Shown here piece by piece: positions 1 to 10,987 of a stretch of DNA of 40,689 bases (its first letter is position 1; each line of letters starts with the position of its first letter). The DNA is from Salisapilia sapeloensis CBS 127946 (lineage: Eukaryota; Protista; Oomycota). A model generated the notes under the pieces. It saw nothing but the letters and a program-made list of their open reading frames with translations, was not told the DNA's origin and searched no databases. Made by a program: the position numbers and the translations under genes. The stretch lies in contig JAADVB010000173.1 in assembly GCA_023334545.1 (NCBI GenBank), forward strand, positions 1 through 40,689, written 5' to 3'.

Positions 1-200
1 CTGAACACCACCGACATCTTGTAATCTGCACCACAACGTCAGTAAGTAAACCTCATACAAACCAAAAGTACGCATACCGAGCAGGTCGTCCAACGCAGCA
101 TTCCCCGTCACCCACCCGAGCTGTCGACTAGGACTCATCGCAATGTTAAGCTTATTGTGTACGAGTATCTTACATGAGTAGTGAAAGCAGTTGTCGCTGC
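1..200 (-). CDS. 5' exons of a spliced gene running off the left edge; product unassigned, upstream boundary approximate
   Basis: Clear 52-nt minus-strand intron at 26-77 (GTATGC donor, TTACTGAC branch at 38-45, TGCAG acceptor). A further GTAAG donor lies near 171-175. The reading frame cannot be fixed: either ...QLGWVTGNAALDDLL|DYKMSVVF or ...GECCVGRPAR|LQDVGGVQ. Confidence 0.35.
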
Positions 201-552
201 CCCTCGTTCATCCCGATTATCACTATACATAGGTAAAAAGTAAGGTCATATAGATCGTCCTTGCTGTAAATATGCTAGTGTGCGCTCGATCGTTTACTTT
301 CTGAATGATAATCTGCCGAGCCATTTACGGCACATGTAGTACGATCGAAGTTTCCATTCAGCACAAACAACAAAACGATCAAAAACAAAACCTCCCTATA
401 GTTGAAGAATTATCAGCTTCCAAACGCACGCTTTCTCCTGCTCAACGTAAATCTTCTTGTGTGCAATGGTATATGAACTGTATTTCAATGCCAAGACGAG
501 CGGAATGATTATACGATGAGAGCAAACATGGAACGTTGTTGTGCGGGCATTT

Positions 553-1257
553 CTATTGCTGTTTCTTAATTTCCTCTTCGGCTGTCGGGTCGCTATCTCC
601 ATGAAGCAGAAAAGCGACACCGACCAAAATGGCCGTCGCCCCGACGAACCATTGAGCTGGCAATGGTTCTTGGAAGAGTATGTAACCACTAGCAGCCTGC
701 AATAAAGATAAGTATAAGCGGAATATCCAACTTAAAGAATCGAGAGACGTACAGAGAGGATAAAGTTCGATGCAGAGCTCGTGACGGTGGCTGTGAGCGA
801 GTCCGTTTCATGCAATCCGTTAACAAAAAAGCGAAGCATGACAGCGTTTGAAGCCAGCATCAACCCAACGCATGCTACGCGAGTGATTGCAGCAATCTAT
901 GGATTTTATGAGCTTGATAGCATATCGTGCCGAGAGAGAGGTGTACCGTGTCACATGATACACTGATAGCAGTGGCACTCGCGAGTGTGGTGCATTGATC
1001 GACTACGATATCCAGAAATGATGTGCTGCCATCAGCTGCGAGCTGAGCAACGAGATTAGTTACAAGAGTATCTTGGCGTTGCGAGGAGCTGCTGCACCTT
1101 GCCAAACGTGCCGCCGAGAGCGCCGCATGCGCCAGCGAGAGCACTAGAATAGCCGCGTGTGAGCTAATTGGACCGACTAGATGTATGGAATATGGAGCTC
1201 GGAACAAGCGACGTCGTAGCGCATCAGCACGAGCGTGCTTACCAACCTTGATCGCAT
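553..1257 (-). CDS. TMEM42: TMEM42-like small multi-pass membrane protein (DMT/EamA-related), 154 aa, 5 exons
   Basis: Exons 1243-1257, 1098-1163, 947-1042, 753-896 and 553-696 join in frame through GT-AG introns of 79, 55, 50 and 56 nt. Translation MRSRLLTRGYSSALAGACGALGGTFGKLAADG...RVACVGLMLASNAVMLRFFVNGLHETDSLTATVTSSASNFILSAASGYILFQEPLPAQWFVGATAILVGVAFLL matches the TMEM42 pattern (AG..GA...FGKLA; NAVM..F; LF.E.L...W..G..LIL.G). The gene is absent from the ORF track. Confidence 0.85.
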
Positions 1258-2443
1258 TATCGTTTATTGTTGTCGTTTGAAGTGTCCGAGGAATTGTGAA
1301 TGGGTTCAGTAGGAGCTACGCCGCGACGTCTGAAGGATACGCTGCTTTAAGAGACGTAGAGGTATTCTTACAGCTCGCCTTGGTTGCAAGAAATATGCAT
1401 CGCATGTGTATGCTGTGGATGATACGGATGCACAGGAAGGCAATGTAGCAATATCTGAATGGATAGGCACTCGTACAAAGAGGTGCATACAGTAAAGTGG
1501 TGAAAGGAGCTAAACTCAGCTGGAATAAGAAAGGCGCAATGGAACGAGGAAAGAAGCGAGAGTCGCTGACGACAGAACCAGTCTTGGGATTGTGTGACCG
1601 TCGAAGCGGTGAATATTTGTTTGCATGCGAAATGCACGCGAAAATGGTAACTGGGTGTAAATTGACGTGTTTGCACGTGATGGCCTGTTAGAAGGAACGC
1701 GAAGACCCATGTAACTGGCACGCGCAGCATTGTAGCAGCAAGGACAAGCGAGAAAAGATAACGGTCGCCCATTGTAGCTGCTGGATTGCTGTATCTTGCG
1801 ACGATTCACAGTGCTGGTTGTTCATTGGTTATTAAAGCATTGGACGCCAGTGATTGGACTGCGTGGCTTGAGTGGCTCTGGGCAATACCAAGAAATTATT
1901 CAAACCGTAAAAAGCAAAGGGCGCCTGCATGGCAGAGGTCTCTTCGAGAAGTAGCGTCAATTTTATGTGTGTGGTAGAGTTTGTAGCCTGTATATCTTCG
2001 GAATTCTCGGCTAAGGATCTCTGATCCAGAGTTATGCTTCAACCGTGCATCTCTCTACATCCGCGGCCGTAGAGCAAGTTATGGGCGCTTAGGGATCGTT
2101 TTGGATGCCTCTTTTGGCGTGAAAAAATGGTTTTCAAAGTGCTCTCCATCCAGACCAGCGCTTTTGTTCCCAGCGTACGAATCTTTCCCGTGCAACTGGG
2201 TTCGAAGCGCCAAGAAACGTAGCGAGCATAGATGTATGACATCCTCTAATTTTTTAACGTCGTGTCCACGAACTTCGAATAAATATTACCCTCCACAAGC
2301 TCTGTGACTCGATGCAAGAGCCGCGCGTCGTTCGCTTCGATCGCTCTTGGCCTTGATAGGAAGAAACGTCTGGCCTCCTCGTAGCGCATCTTAAAATTAG
2401 CTAATTTGTCCCGCTTATTGACCAGTCACATACTGAGCGCCAG

Positions 2444-2458
2444 TCACTCCAAGTTTAC
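2444..2458 (+). promoter_or_regulatory. Candidate oomycete initiator (Inr, YCAYTYY) with FPR-like downstream element for the zf-PARP gene
   Basis: TCACTCC followed by AAGTTTAC, 119 nt upstream of the ATG at 2563. The motif is short and could occur by chance. Confidence 0.3.
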
Positions 2459-2562
2459 CAATCCATCCGATGGTCCGTCCCATATGCTTTTGGCTCTTGT
2501 AGGCCGGGACGAAGCTCACTTGCAAATTTACGCCGCATTGGATCACCCGTACTGCCTCCAGG

Positions 2563-2910
2563 ATGTCAAGCCCAGATGCACGCACGCCATCGCCTTGGAA
2601 GAAAGACGGGACGTACATTGTCGAACCGATCAAGAAGCACACGAGTGCCTGCTGCCGAGCCTGTGAAGCTGCATTGGACGTCGGCCAATTGCGCGTTGGT
2701 GTCGTCTTCCAGCATCGCAACGGTTTCGTCTGCATCAACTGGTACCACATTGAGTGCTACGGCCCGCACTTGCGAAGCATTCCTCTCCAGAACTTGGAAG
2801 GCTATGATGAGCTAGACGCCGCGCAGAAAAAGTTACTGGAAAGTTACCACGCCTCGGCGTCCAACGCGACGGATCGATGTCTGCCTCACCCACCTACATG
2901 CTCGGCATGA
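2563..2910 (+). CDS. Stand-alone PARP-type zinc finger protein (zf-PARP), 115 aa
   Basis: YIVEPIKKHTSACCRACEAALDVGQLRVGVVFQHRNGFVCINWYHIEC fits the zf-PARP pattern: Y.VE......C..C...I..G.LR.G......WYH..C, followed by LEGYDELDAAQKKLL (canonical ..GF..L...DQ..I). No other domain. Confidence 0.85.
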   Translation: MSSPDARTPSPWKKDGTYIVEPIKKHTSACCRACEAALDVGQLRVGVVFQHRNGFVCINWYHIECYGPHLRSIPLQNLEGYDELDAAQKKLLESYHASASNATDRCLPHPPTCSA

Positions 2911-3218
2911 GATTCATTTTTGGACCAAAGATGATGCTTTCTTAGATGAAGAAATTGCCACATACATGTATTTAAAGCAGTGACTGATAGTCGAGGCCCA
3001 TACTCGAATGAAATATATCCCATTTTCCTTCCCACCTACCGCGTCGTCTCGTTGCAAAAGTTTGTTCAAAATTCGTTAGAAACAGGCACAGACGACAAAG
3101 TTTCGACCAAGTCGCGACGTCGAAGTCGAGTTAGTTGTCATCGAGTCTACTGCGGTCGATCGCGCACCTACGTCTTGTTCCAACGCAAGACTATACACAA
3201 ACGGGATCTCCAAGGCGG

Positions 3219-3804
3219 ATGGAATCGCTCGGCAGCGGTTCACGAGCTGATAAATTGCACGCTTACAACGATGCGCTGGTCCATTCCGCGACGTGCTCGG
3301 ACTCACACTGCCAAGCCTACAATGGTCGGTGTCATAAAGTAAAAGTTAGCCGAAAGCACTTCGTCGAGTGCTACGGACCACGGCGAAATTATTCACCTGT
3401 CGAAAGGTACGGCATGCTATCCACACGAGCTTGATAGACGACTGATTTATACTGGTGCTAGCTGTGAATCGTGCTCGAAATTCTGGGGACTCTTGTGCTT
3501 CCACGCACGAACGTGTGAGGCGCCTGCAGGACAACATTGTATCGTACCGCAATGTGATTATTTGCGAGTGAAGATTGCTCGAAAGCGGAACCAGGATAGG
3601 CACGAACAGGTTCGAGCTAGGGAACAGATCCAGCAGCAGCGGGACGAATGGCCGGTGGAAAGACGGATTGCTCAAGTGGAACAGGACCGACAACAAGTGC
3701 TTCAGATCATTGCCGACATTAAAGCTAGTCGAGGTCAGCAGGTTGCTGCTCCGAACGACGAAACCCCGATGAACGCCCACCCGTCGATGATGTCCATTGG
3801 ATAA
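3219..3804 (+). CDS. Stand-alone TAZ zinc finger plus C-terminal coiled coil, paralog 1 (176 aa, 2 exons)
   Basis: join(3219-3406, 3462-3804), with a 55-nt intron GTACGG...CTGAT...CTAG that restores the frame between two ORF-track fragments. Three HCCC sites: HSATCSDSHC..C, HFVEC..CESC, HARTC..CIVPQC. Confidence 0.88.
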
Positions 3805-6529
3805 TACAGCTACGTCGACTTGCATTCATAGAAGCTTCTGAAAGCATATAGGCGAGCATAGTTAGCATTGTGCTGGCGCACCGTCACGGTTGGCACCACC
3901 CGCTAACACATAATACAATCCAGCGTTCTTACTAAGCATACAGAAAGCAAAAGCAGTCGTTCGGTCACGATTAGATACTAATCATGCTATTAAACTCATA
4001 CAAACAGTACCCGAGGTGATGGCCGACGTTTACAACAGAGAAAAGGAAGCTCAAGGTTGAAGACAGCCGAAAGGATGGATGCTTGAACGCCTTCTAAAGA
4101 TCAATAAGAGCTTTAGTGGTTTAAATGCAAGTCGAAGCGAACTTCAATCGAGAATGGAAACGATAGAAGAAGCCCTATCGAGAAACTGCTTGTTCTTTTA
4201 CTTATACATTCTTCAACGTTTTCTTATGAGCTCTAAACGCCCAGAACATGGACAGTACGAACTGATCGGCCTAGTGATATGATCTTCATCACGACCACAG
4301 AGTCAGTACGTCAGATGCGTACAGTATCGTTACTACTTCTCGTATATATCTTGAAGAGTTTTGATTTTGCATCGTGGTGATACTTCCCCATATCCGATTT
4401 GCATTTTATTTTATTTTAAAGAGTGAAAGATACAAGATCTGGCATATACCCATTCCAGATACCGTTTCTCTGATATACTTCCTTTCGAAAGGTACACAAG
4501 GGAAGGACGGGAAGAGAGGAGGTGTAACTGTCACAGGAGAGAAAGCAGGAACAATAGGAAGAGCTTGTTCGTATTCTCCTCTGCCAAAGCTCATTTGAAA
4601 ACGGCAAGCCGTTTCCTCCCACCTAGAATTGATGTTAAACAAATGATATCTGAACAACCAAGTTTTTTTGGTATTGACGTTTGATGAAAGTAGCACGAAC
4701 AGTAGCTTTGTCAAGGTAGCGTGTTGCATCAGCTGAAGCTACGAGCAATGGAGTACTCCATCTTCTTTTTGTATAATATAGAGTAACACCGAGGTAGATG
4801 ACGAAGCGAGTCTCCAGATTATATGGTCGTACTCGACCGAGCAATATAATTTAGCGCATCACAATCTTTTGCAAACTCTTTGCAATTCATATGAAGAGAT
4901 GAGCTTGCGCCTGAGTCAAAGATGATCAGAAAACGCTTTCATACTCTGAAGACTTCCATGGCAGAATCATAGCAGTCATAGGTATACCTCTGCCATTGTA
5001 ATAGTTAGCCTGTATACTGGGACACCATTTTCTACGACTTTCTACCATGCGAATACCAAAGTTACTTCCTATACCAAAAGTGTTTATAGCATGTGCATGG
5101 CCAGTACCCATCTGTCGTTTCTTTAAAAGAAACCTGCGGACGAAGACCGTCCTATGTACACTTCGGAACTGTGTACCGAAGCGGGAATTTAACAATGAAT
5201 CACCAAAACAAGCATACAGCTAGTGCTGTATGTTGTTTTCTAAGCAACATCATCGTGTGTGATGATTGGTTAGCACTCCTTTGTGTTCTTTAGGCCTGCA
5301 TCTTCATTGCAATGCTATTTCCTCTTTTAGGGCTCGCAGCACTTTGAAAATGCACATTGTGCCAGATCACGAGTACTGGAGTGGTTACTTGTCTGCATCA
5401 ACCGATTCATTTCGCCTTTCAACTGTAAGATTGACGATAGAGATACACAAAAGAGATCACATCGTCGAGTATTTTGCAGTTTGATTCTCATTGACGTTAT
5501 GGAAATCTAGAAGATGGTTTCGTTCCAACTTCAACACAACTTCAAGAAAACTGTACAGATAGTTTTCCAAGTATTGTCATTCCCGTTTAAATTCACCGAC
5601 TACCGGGTATTCTAAGCGAAAAAAGAAATCTGGCATCCATACTGGTCTCCCGTATGCGCTCGACAATATATGAGTGTAGACGGCTACGCATATCTGCAGC
5701 ACACGTGCCGCATAGCTTTCCGCCCACATGAATCCCTCACAATACCGCCGACGTCCCTTTTTCATATGCATATCTCCAATGGCCGTGCTTTAGCGCTCGC
5801 ATATCTTCGCTCTGTGCATCTTCTTCTGTTCATTTCGGTCGTCGAAATGTCCGTTGTCAGCTGCCTTTGTATGTCGGCTCCTTTACGTTGCCTTGCCAGA
5901 TTTGTTGAATGCAAGCTATTTCAGTCATACTTCGAGCTCCCTCCGGCTGACCGGCACGCGTTGACGAAGGAGTGACCTCGAGGAAGACCCGGCCTCCCCG
6001 GAGGTCTTGCACGCTGAGCGCGGATTGCTTCTGTTCGGTTGCGCACTATGAGGAATCGGAGAATGAGCAGTTTTGTTCAAGGCTTGAAAGAAAGGATGTG
6101 ACATTAGGCTGGAAGGGTAGCCAAAAGGTCCGAGACGACTACGATGGATAATGTAGATAGATAAGAGAAGATTGAAGATAACCAAGAATCAGCACTGTCC
6201 AACGCGAAAAGTCTCTACACTGCAGCCATATTCCTCTTTCATTCATCACCCTTCATAATATATCGAGAAACTAAAAAGATTTTCTTACTGCTACCGTTCC
6301 GAAAACTTCTCCGGAAAGTCCTCTTTGTATTCTATTTCTCGATAATTCATTTTTGGCAGTCTAAAATGTACATTTAAGAGGTCTGGCGATTCGAGTCTGG
6401 CGATTCAATGAACCGCTGTAGGAAAGTTTGAGTAGAACCAACAATAACTTTGTAGCTGCTCACATTCGGGAAGCACTTTTGAAATCAAACCACCGGCCTT
6501 CCTCCCTTCACTTTCGCTTCCGTGGTAAT

Positions 6530-8292
6530 ATGGAGCAAACAGGTCCAGTATTCGTCTCTAATTGATGACGTAGCTAAATTTGTCACTGCCTTCCTTAATC
6601 TACGAGTATACCCATTTTAAAAGCGAGTACATATTACTCGATATATCTTCTCCAGCGATGGTGCATCCTCGCCGAGTGCTCTGGCCCTCGTGATGAGTGG
6701 GATGATGTAGTCACCAATGCTTCCAAAGATGGTCGCTTCGACATGGTTGCTACTCTTCATATCTTTCGTCCAAAATGGTACCTTCCACTACAAACAATGG
6801 AAGCTGTTGCCATCCACAGCTAACTGGCCTTAGCTCAATGGATATATGCCAATCGACCGTTGAAGTCTTTTACCTACCAAGGCATGGATAACGCAGCAAT
6901 AGGAGGCTATATAATAACAATTCAGTGGCTCCATTTACTTGGAGATGATGACGGCGGAGGCGCTACACGCCATGCGATGGACAATGCTTGCACCGAAGGT
7001 TGTCTGGAGCTATCTGAATGGCTCCACCAGAATCGAAGTGAATAATGTACGACAAGTGCTCTGAATGGGGCTACAACGAATGGTCACTTGAACGTATTGG
7101 AGTGGCTAGAAGGAAGCCGAACGGAAGGTTTTACGATTGACACAATGAAGGGACCAACTCTTAACGACTATATTTGCATTCTCGAGTGGTTATCTACTCG
7201 AAAGATGAAGCGAGGTCCTAAAACGTCACCTCACATGCTCGAACTGGTCGCCCGGAACGGTTATATGTAAACAATCAAGTGGTTGTTGGTCTATCGAGAG
7301 GAAAAGCTAGCGAGAACAAATGCGATTGATGAGGCTGCTGGGAATGACCACTTAGAAATCGTTCAATTTATATTTGAACGAGCTTCAGCGTACAAGCTGA
7401 AGCAATTGATCAAAACGTTGTTGCGTAGAATCGGTTTCATAACGGGCGTGAAGGTACTGCGTTGGCTATTGCCCAAGGGTGCCTATCAGAAGTTTTCCGT
7501 TAAGCTTGGACTCGAGAAGTATATTTGTTTGGGTGGCCTCGAGTGCGTTCGTGTACTGCGTGAGTACTATCCGAAACTATTTGAGCGAAACGAGAAAAGA
7601 ACGGCTGCAGTTGCAGTCAATCATGGTCAAGTGCGTGCCGCAGTATACCTCCTAGGTCTGTTGCAGGACGACTCAGAAACCTATGGTCAGTTGGAAGTAG
7701 CGGAATGACTGCACACTATAAGCCCATTTGCGAACACAGATAGAGTGCAAGATGTAGTGATACGAGATGGTGACATCGAAACAATTTCTTTTCTTATGGA
7801 AACAGGAAAAGTGGATGCGGCTACATGTACTCGAGACGCAGCTAGTTGCGGTCATTTAAAAATGATTAATATTTCTTGGAGAAGCCATTTATCGAAGTGG
7901 ACGACTAACTTATGCACATGGCAGCGGAATATGGACACATGAGCATCGTCAAGTGTCTGCATGAAAATCGACCGGAAGGATGCGACCAAGATGCGATGGA
8001 CAATGCGATAGAAAGCGGATGAACCAATATCGTCAAGTTTCTCAATGAGAACCGGACGGAAGGATGCTCGGAGCATGCAATTAAATATGCGGCCTTTAAT
8101 GGACAGTTAAATACGCTCATCTATCTCCATCACCACCGACCAAAAGGATATTCAGTGATCACGATTCGAGTGAGTATAGAGGCGTGCCAAGACGAAGTGA
8201 CGCATTGGCTCAAGAAGCATAGCCCGGTCTTTGCTGAATGTCGGGAGTGTCAACGAGAGGTGAGATCGAATAAGATGCGCCGTCGAGGATGA
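6530..8292 (+). pseudogene. Ankyrin-repeat pseudogene (oomycete-expanded 'AMDxAAxNGHLxVVxWLHxNRxEGC' family)
   Basis: ORFs 6860, 7088, 7283 and 7745 are in one frame; in-frame stops lie at 6821, 7043, 7268 and 7706. A frameshift follows near 7860-7920, with another stop at 8020. Repeats include MDNAAIGG..IQWLH, AMDNACTEGCLELSEWLHQNRSE*CTTSALNGATTNGHLNVLEWL and AAEYGHMSIVKCLHENRPEGCDQDAMDNA. Confidence 0.88.
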
Positions 8293-9168
8293 GGTTGTGG
8301 AGAAAGAACGAAAGAAGACCAGATTAGTTTTAATTTCGAATACATAGCGATGTTTTATTTATTTTAATTATTTCAGATGAGTTAATTTTAAATCACCTTC
8401 AAATAGACTATATTCATTACTGTGATATGAATGCAACGACGCAGCTACACAGTAATTCAGAGCTGAGACTACTCTTTCTTGTAAACACTGCTGTCTAATC
8501 GCATTTTTGAGTTAGGTTATTTGATTTGCTTCTATCCTAGTCGTTCGTTTAGCATCATTGACTAGAACCGGTTACCATGGATCTGCATTTATATGTCGTC
8601 ACATGCTGAGAAGAAAAAATAAGCTTCTGGCGTGTGTGATGGAAGAAATTATGCTGCTCTATGTTGTGCTAGTAGCTAGAAGTTCATCTACGTACTCAAT
8701 GTTATAAGAGGAATCCTTCCTTTATCCGACACCAAAATCGTTTCACTGGAAGGTACTGGGACAAAATGGTGACATTAGTAGAGAGATAGCTGCTATTACA
8801 CGAACTAAACTGTCTAGACAAAATTTGCTACGACTTGCTGCGATCCAGACTTTAAGGTTACTTTCCAAAATCAGCCCAAGTTTCAATATGTAGGTGACCA
8901 GGATTGCCCTATCTCTTCAATTATAAACTTCGGTACGAATAGCAGCCATTTTTATATGGTATCTTAGCAGTCGATGGATGCAAGAATGGCGACTCGAAGT
9001 ATCCCAACGTACCGTTTTAGTCGTCATCTGATGAAGTCAAGTTGCGTCGCCGAGTGTCCGTGTTTTACCCGCGTTCCGATTTACGGTAGCTACAAGAACA
9101 AACTTTTCAAGATGAAATAGTGCGCACAAAACGAGATTCCCCGTGGAAAACAACAAACGGCATTCGAA

Positions 9169-9687
9169 ATGACGGAGATGGAGGTCGAAGCGCAGGCGAA
9201 CCCCGGAACGAAGGACCGGTCAGCTGATCTAAGCAAATGGAAACTATATAATGAAGCGCTCATCCATTCTGTTTCATGCTCGAACCGTGAGTGTGGTGCG
9301 TACGGAGGGCGATGCGTCAAAGTCCGCCAACTTCGACAGCATTTCGCCCAGTGTTACAGCAAGCGTCGGGCGATATCGGCACTGGATAGCTGTCCACTAT
9401 GCGCTCAGTTCTGGCAGTTGCTACAGTTCCACGCTCGTACATGTCAACAAGGCAATGGGTGCCAAGTACCACAGTGTAATTCTCTGCGGGAGAAGCTGGC
9501 GCAGCGGAAGCAAGAGGATCAACAAGAGTTGGAGCGAGCTCGAGTACAGTTGCAGAGGCAGATAGAAGAACTATCCGTGGAGAATCGAATCGCAAAGGTC
9601 GAACGGGATAGGCAAGAGGTGCTGCAAATGATCGCGCAGATCCAGGAAAAGAGACAGGAGCAAGCAACCATGATGTCCATGGGCTAA
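9169..9687 (+). CDS. Stand-alone TAZ zinc finger plus coiled coil, paralog 2 (172 aa, intronless)
   Basis: All 12 Zn ligands present (HSVSCSNREC..C; HFAQC..CPLC; HARTC..CQVPQC). Colinear with paralog 1, including RIA.VE.DRQ.VLQ.IA.I and the MMS[IM]G* C-terminus. Confidence 0.92.
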   Translation: MTEMEVEAQANPGTKDRSADLSKWKLYNEALIHSVSCSNRECGAYGGRCVKVRQLRQHFAQCYSKRRAISALDSCPLCAQFWQLLQFHARTCQQGNGCQVPQCNSLREKLAQRKQEDQQELERARVQLQRQIEELSVENRIAKVERDRQEVLQMIAQIQEKRQEQATMMSMG

Positions 9688-10987
9688 ACAAAGGGTACGG
9701 TCAAGTGCCTCGATCTACCTCGTAGCCGCTCTTGTGCTGGGATAACTGCTTTTAATACATGTCTGCTTTCTTTTATTTTTCTTTGATGAAGATGCTGTGA
9801 TCTCTGGTTGAAGATGGGGGTATCTGGCACTAGGAGAGCTATCAATTCGTTCGGACACGACCCGCCATGACTTTAGATGGCTTGATGCTCACCCGTTCTC
9901 TGGTATATCATGCTTACCGGACGCTAGGAGAGTGGGTTGTATCCGATCGCTCTCTTGATCGTAGATCATGTGTGTACGATGCAGATGGGTCTACGTACTG
10001 ATTCCGAAAACCGTCACTAGGTCCATCTCTTTCTCATTAACTCTCCCACGGCTACAACCTTCTCCAAAAACTTGATGACGAGTAGATCATCCGAAGAATG
10101 GCATGCGTAGGAATTTAATTAGAGAAGAAGCGAAATGGCTCCATCTTTCTGTAAAATTCGGTGCTGCTGATGTGGATTGTGGATTATTCATACACATTAT
10201 GGTCGCTGCCGTGATAGCTAATGTGGCTACACAGTCGTCACACCCTGGTCATGTGAAGACTGTTCCACTGGCTCGTGCATCACATTCATAACGGGTGTTT
10301 CCATCGTGCATTACACGTTTAGGACGGAGAATACATGGCGATGACCCTACGATCCACTCATGTCTCCTCAAGCTCTCCGGCGAGTACTTTTGCGTCACAA
10401 TCGTCTTTTGGATTTGATGCGCCTGTCTTTATTAGCCCTGCGATTAAATGGATCTTAAATTCTGTAAACTATACAGACACGTTACATCATCCCTGATTCG
10501 AACGACGTACGGCACTAATGACACTCTGTCTGACGTGAGGGGTCTACTTTATTAAAATTAAGACTGTAAAAAAGTCACTTACTATTGTAATTTTGTAGTA
10601 AATTTGTATTTCATAGAGCATATTTTTCGAGATCACACGACTATGAAAACGATAACATCCCTCGTTACAAATCGACGAAACCAAGTGAGCCCAGAGCAAC
10701 CGTCAGGCTGTTCACAACGAGAAAGCAGAGACGGCACAAAAGCTTGTACGGCCACGGCTTTCCTCCCTTTTATCAGGTCCAAAGGGAACGAAAGATCTTG
10801 TGTCTTATCTCTAGCCAAAGTAGCTCGAGTACGTTTTTCTCGTGTGTTTCTTTCTCATCCAATTGTTGTTCACGTCACAAAGAGCACCTCTAGACGCAAC
10901 ACATCGTGTGGCCGGTAGAACGACACGCCTCTCCCATTCCCCTTTTTTCATTCGGACTTGAGGGTCAACACTAGATAGACAAGTAAC

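Noticed and set aside
1260-2440. Several 60-134 aa ORFs between TMEM42 and zf-PARP
   Set aside because: Mostly non-ATG starts, overlapping on both strands, no motifs. Consistent with a divergent promoter/UTR region.
4019-4282. Coiled-coil-like text (MLERLLKINK...ELQSRMETIEEALSR) after an ATG and an early stop
   Set aside because: Short, interrupted and without a recognisable family.
5577-5900. Minus-strand fragments with RAHTGD and CxxC-like words suggesting a zinc finger or integrase
   Set aside because: The motifs are scattered over different frames with stops. There are no RT, RNase H or DDE signatures and no LTR pair.
5930-6130. GC-rich patch with GAGGAAGA and CTGAGCG resembling U3 snoRNA boxes C' and B, plus a short AAGACC/GGTCTT hairpin
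   Set aside because: No box A (GGATC...CTATAG), no convincing box D or terminal stem, and the hairpin consumes the putative C' box. An Infernal/Rfam scan would settle it.
6381-6420. GTCTGGCGATTC direct repeat (14-nt period) next to a ...CCGCTG-TA end resembling a Tc1/mariner terminus
   Set aside because: I found no matching inverted terminus or transposase remnant, so it is not called a mobile element.
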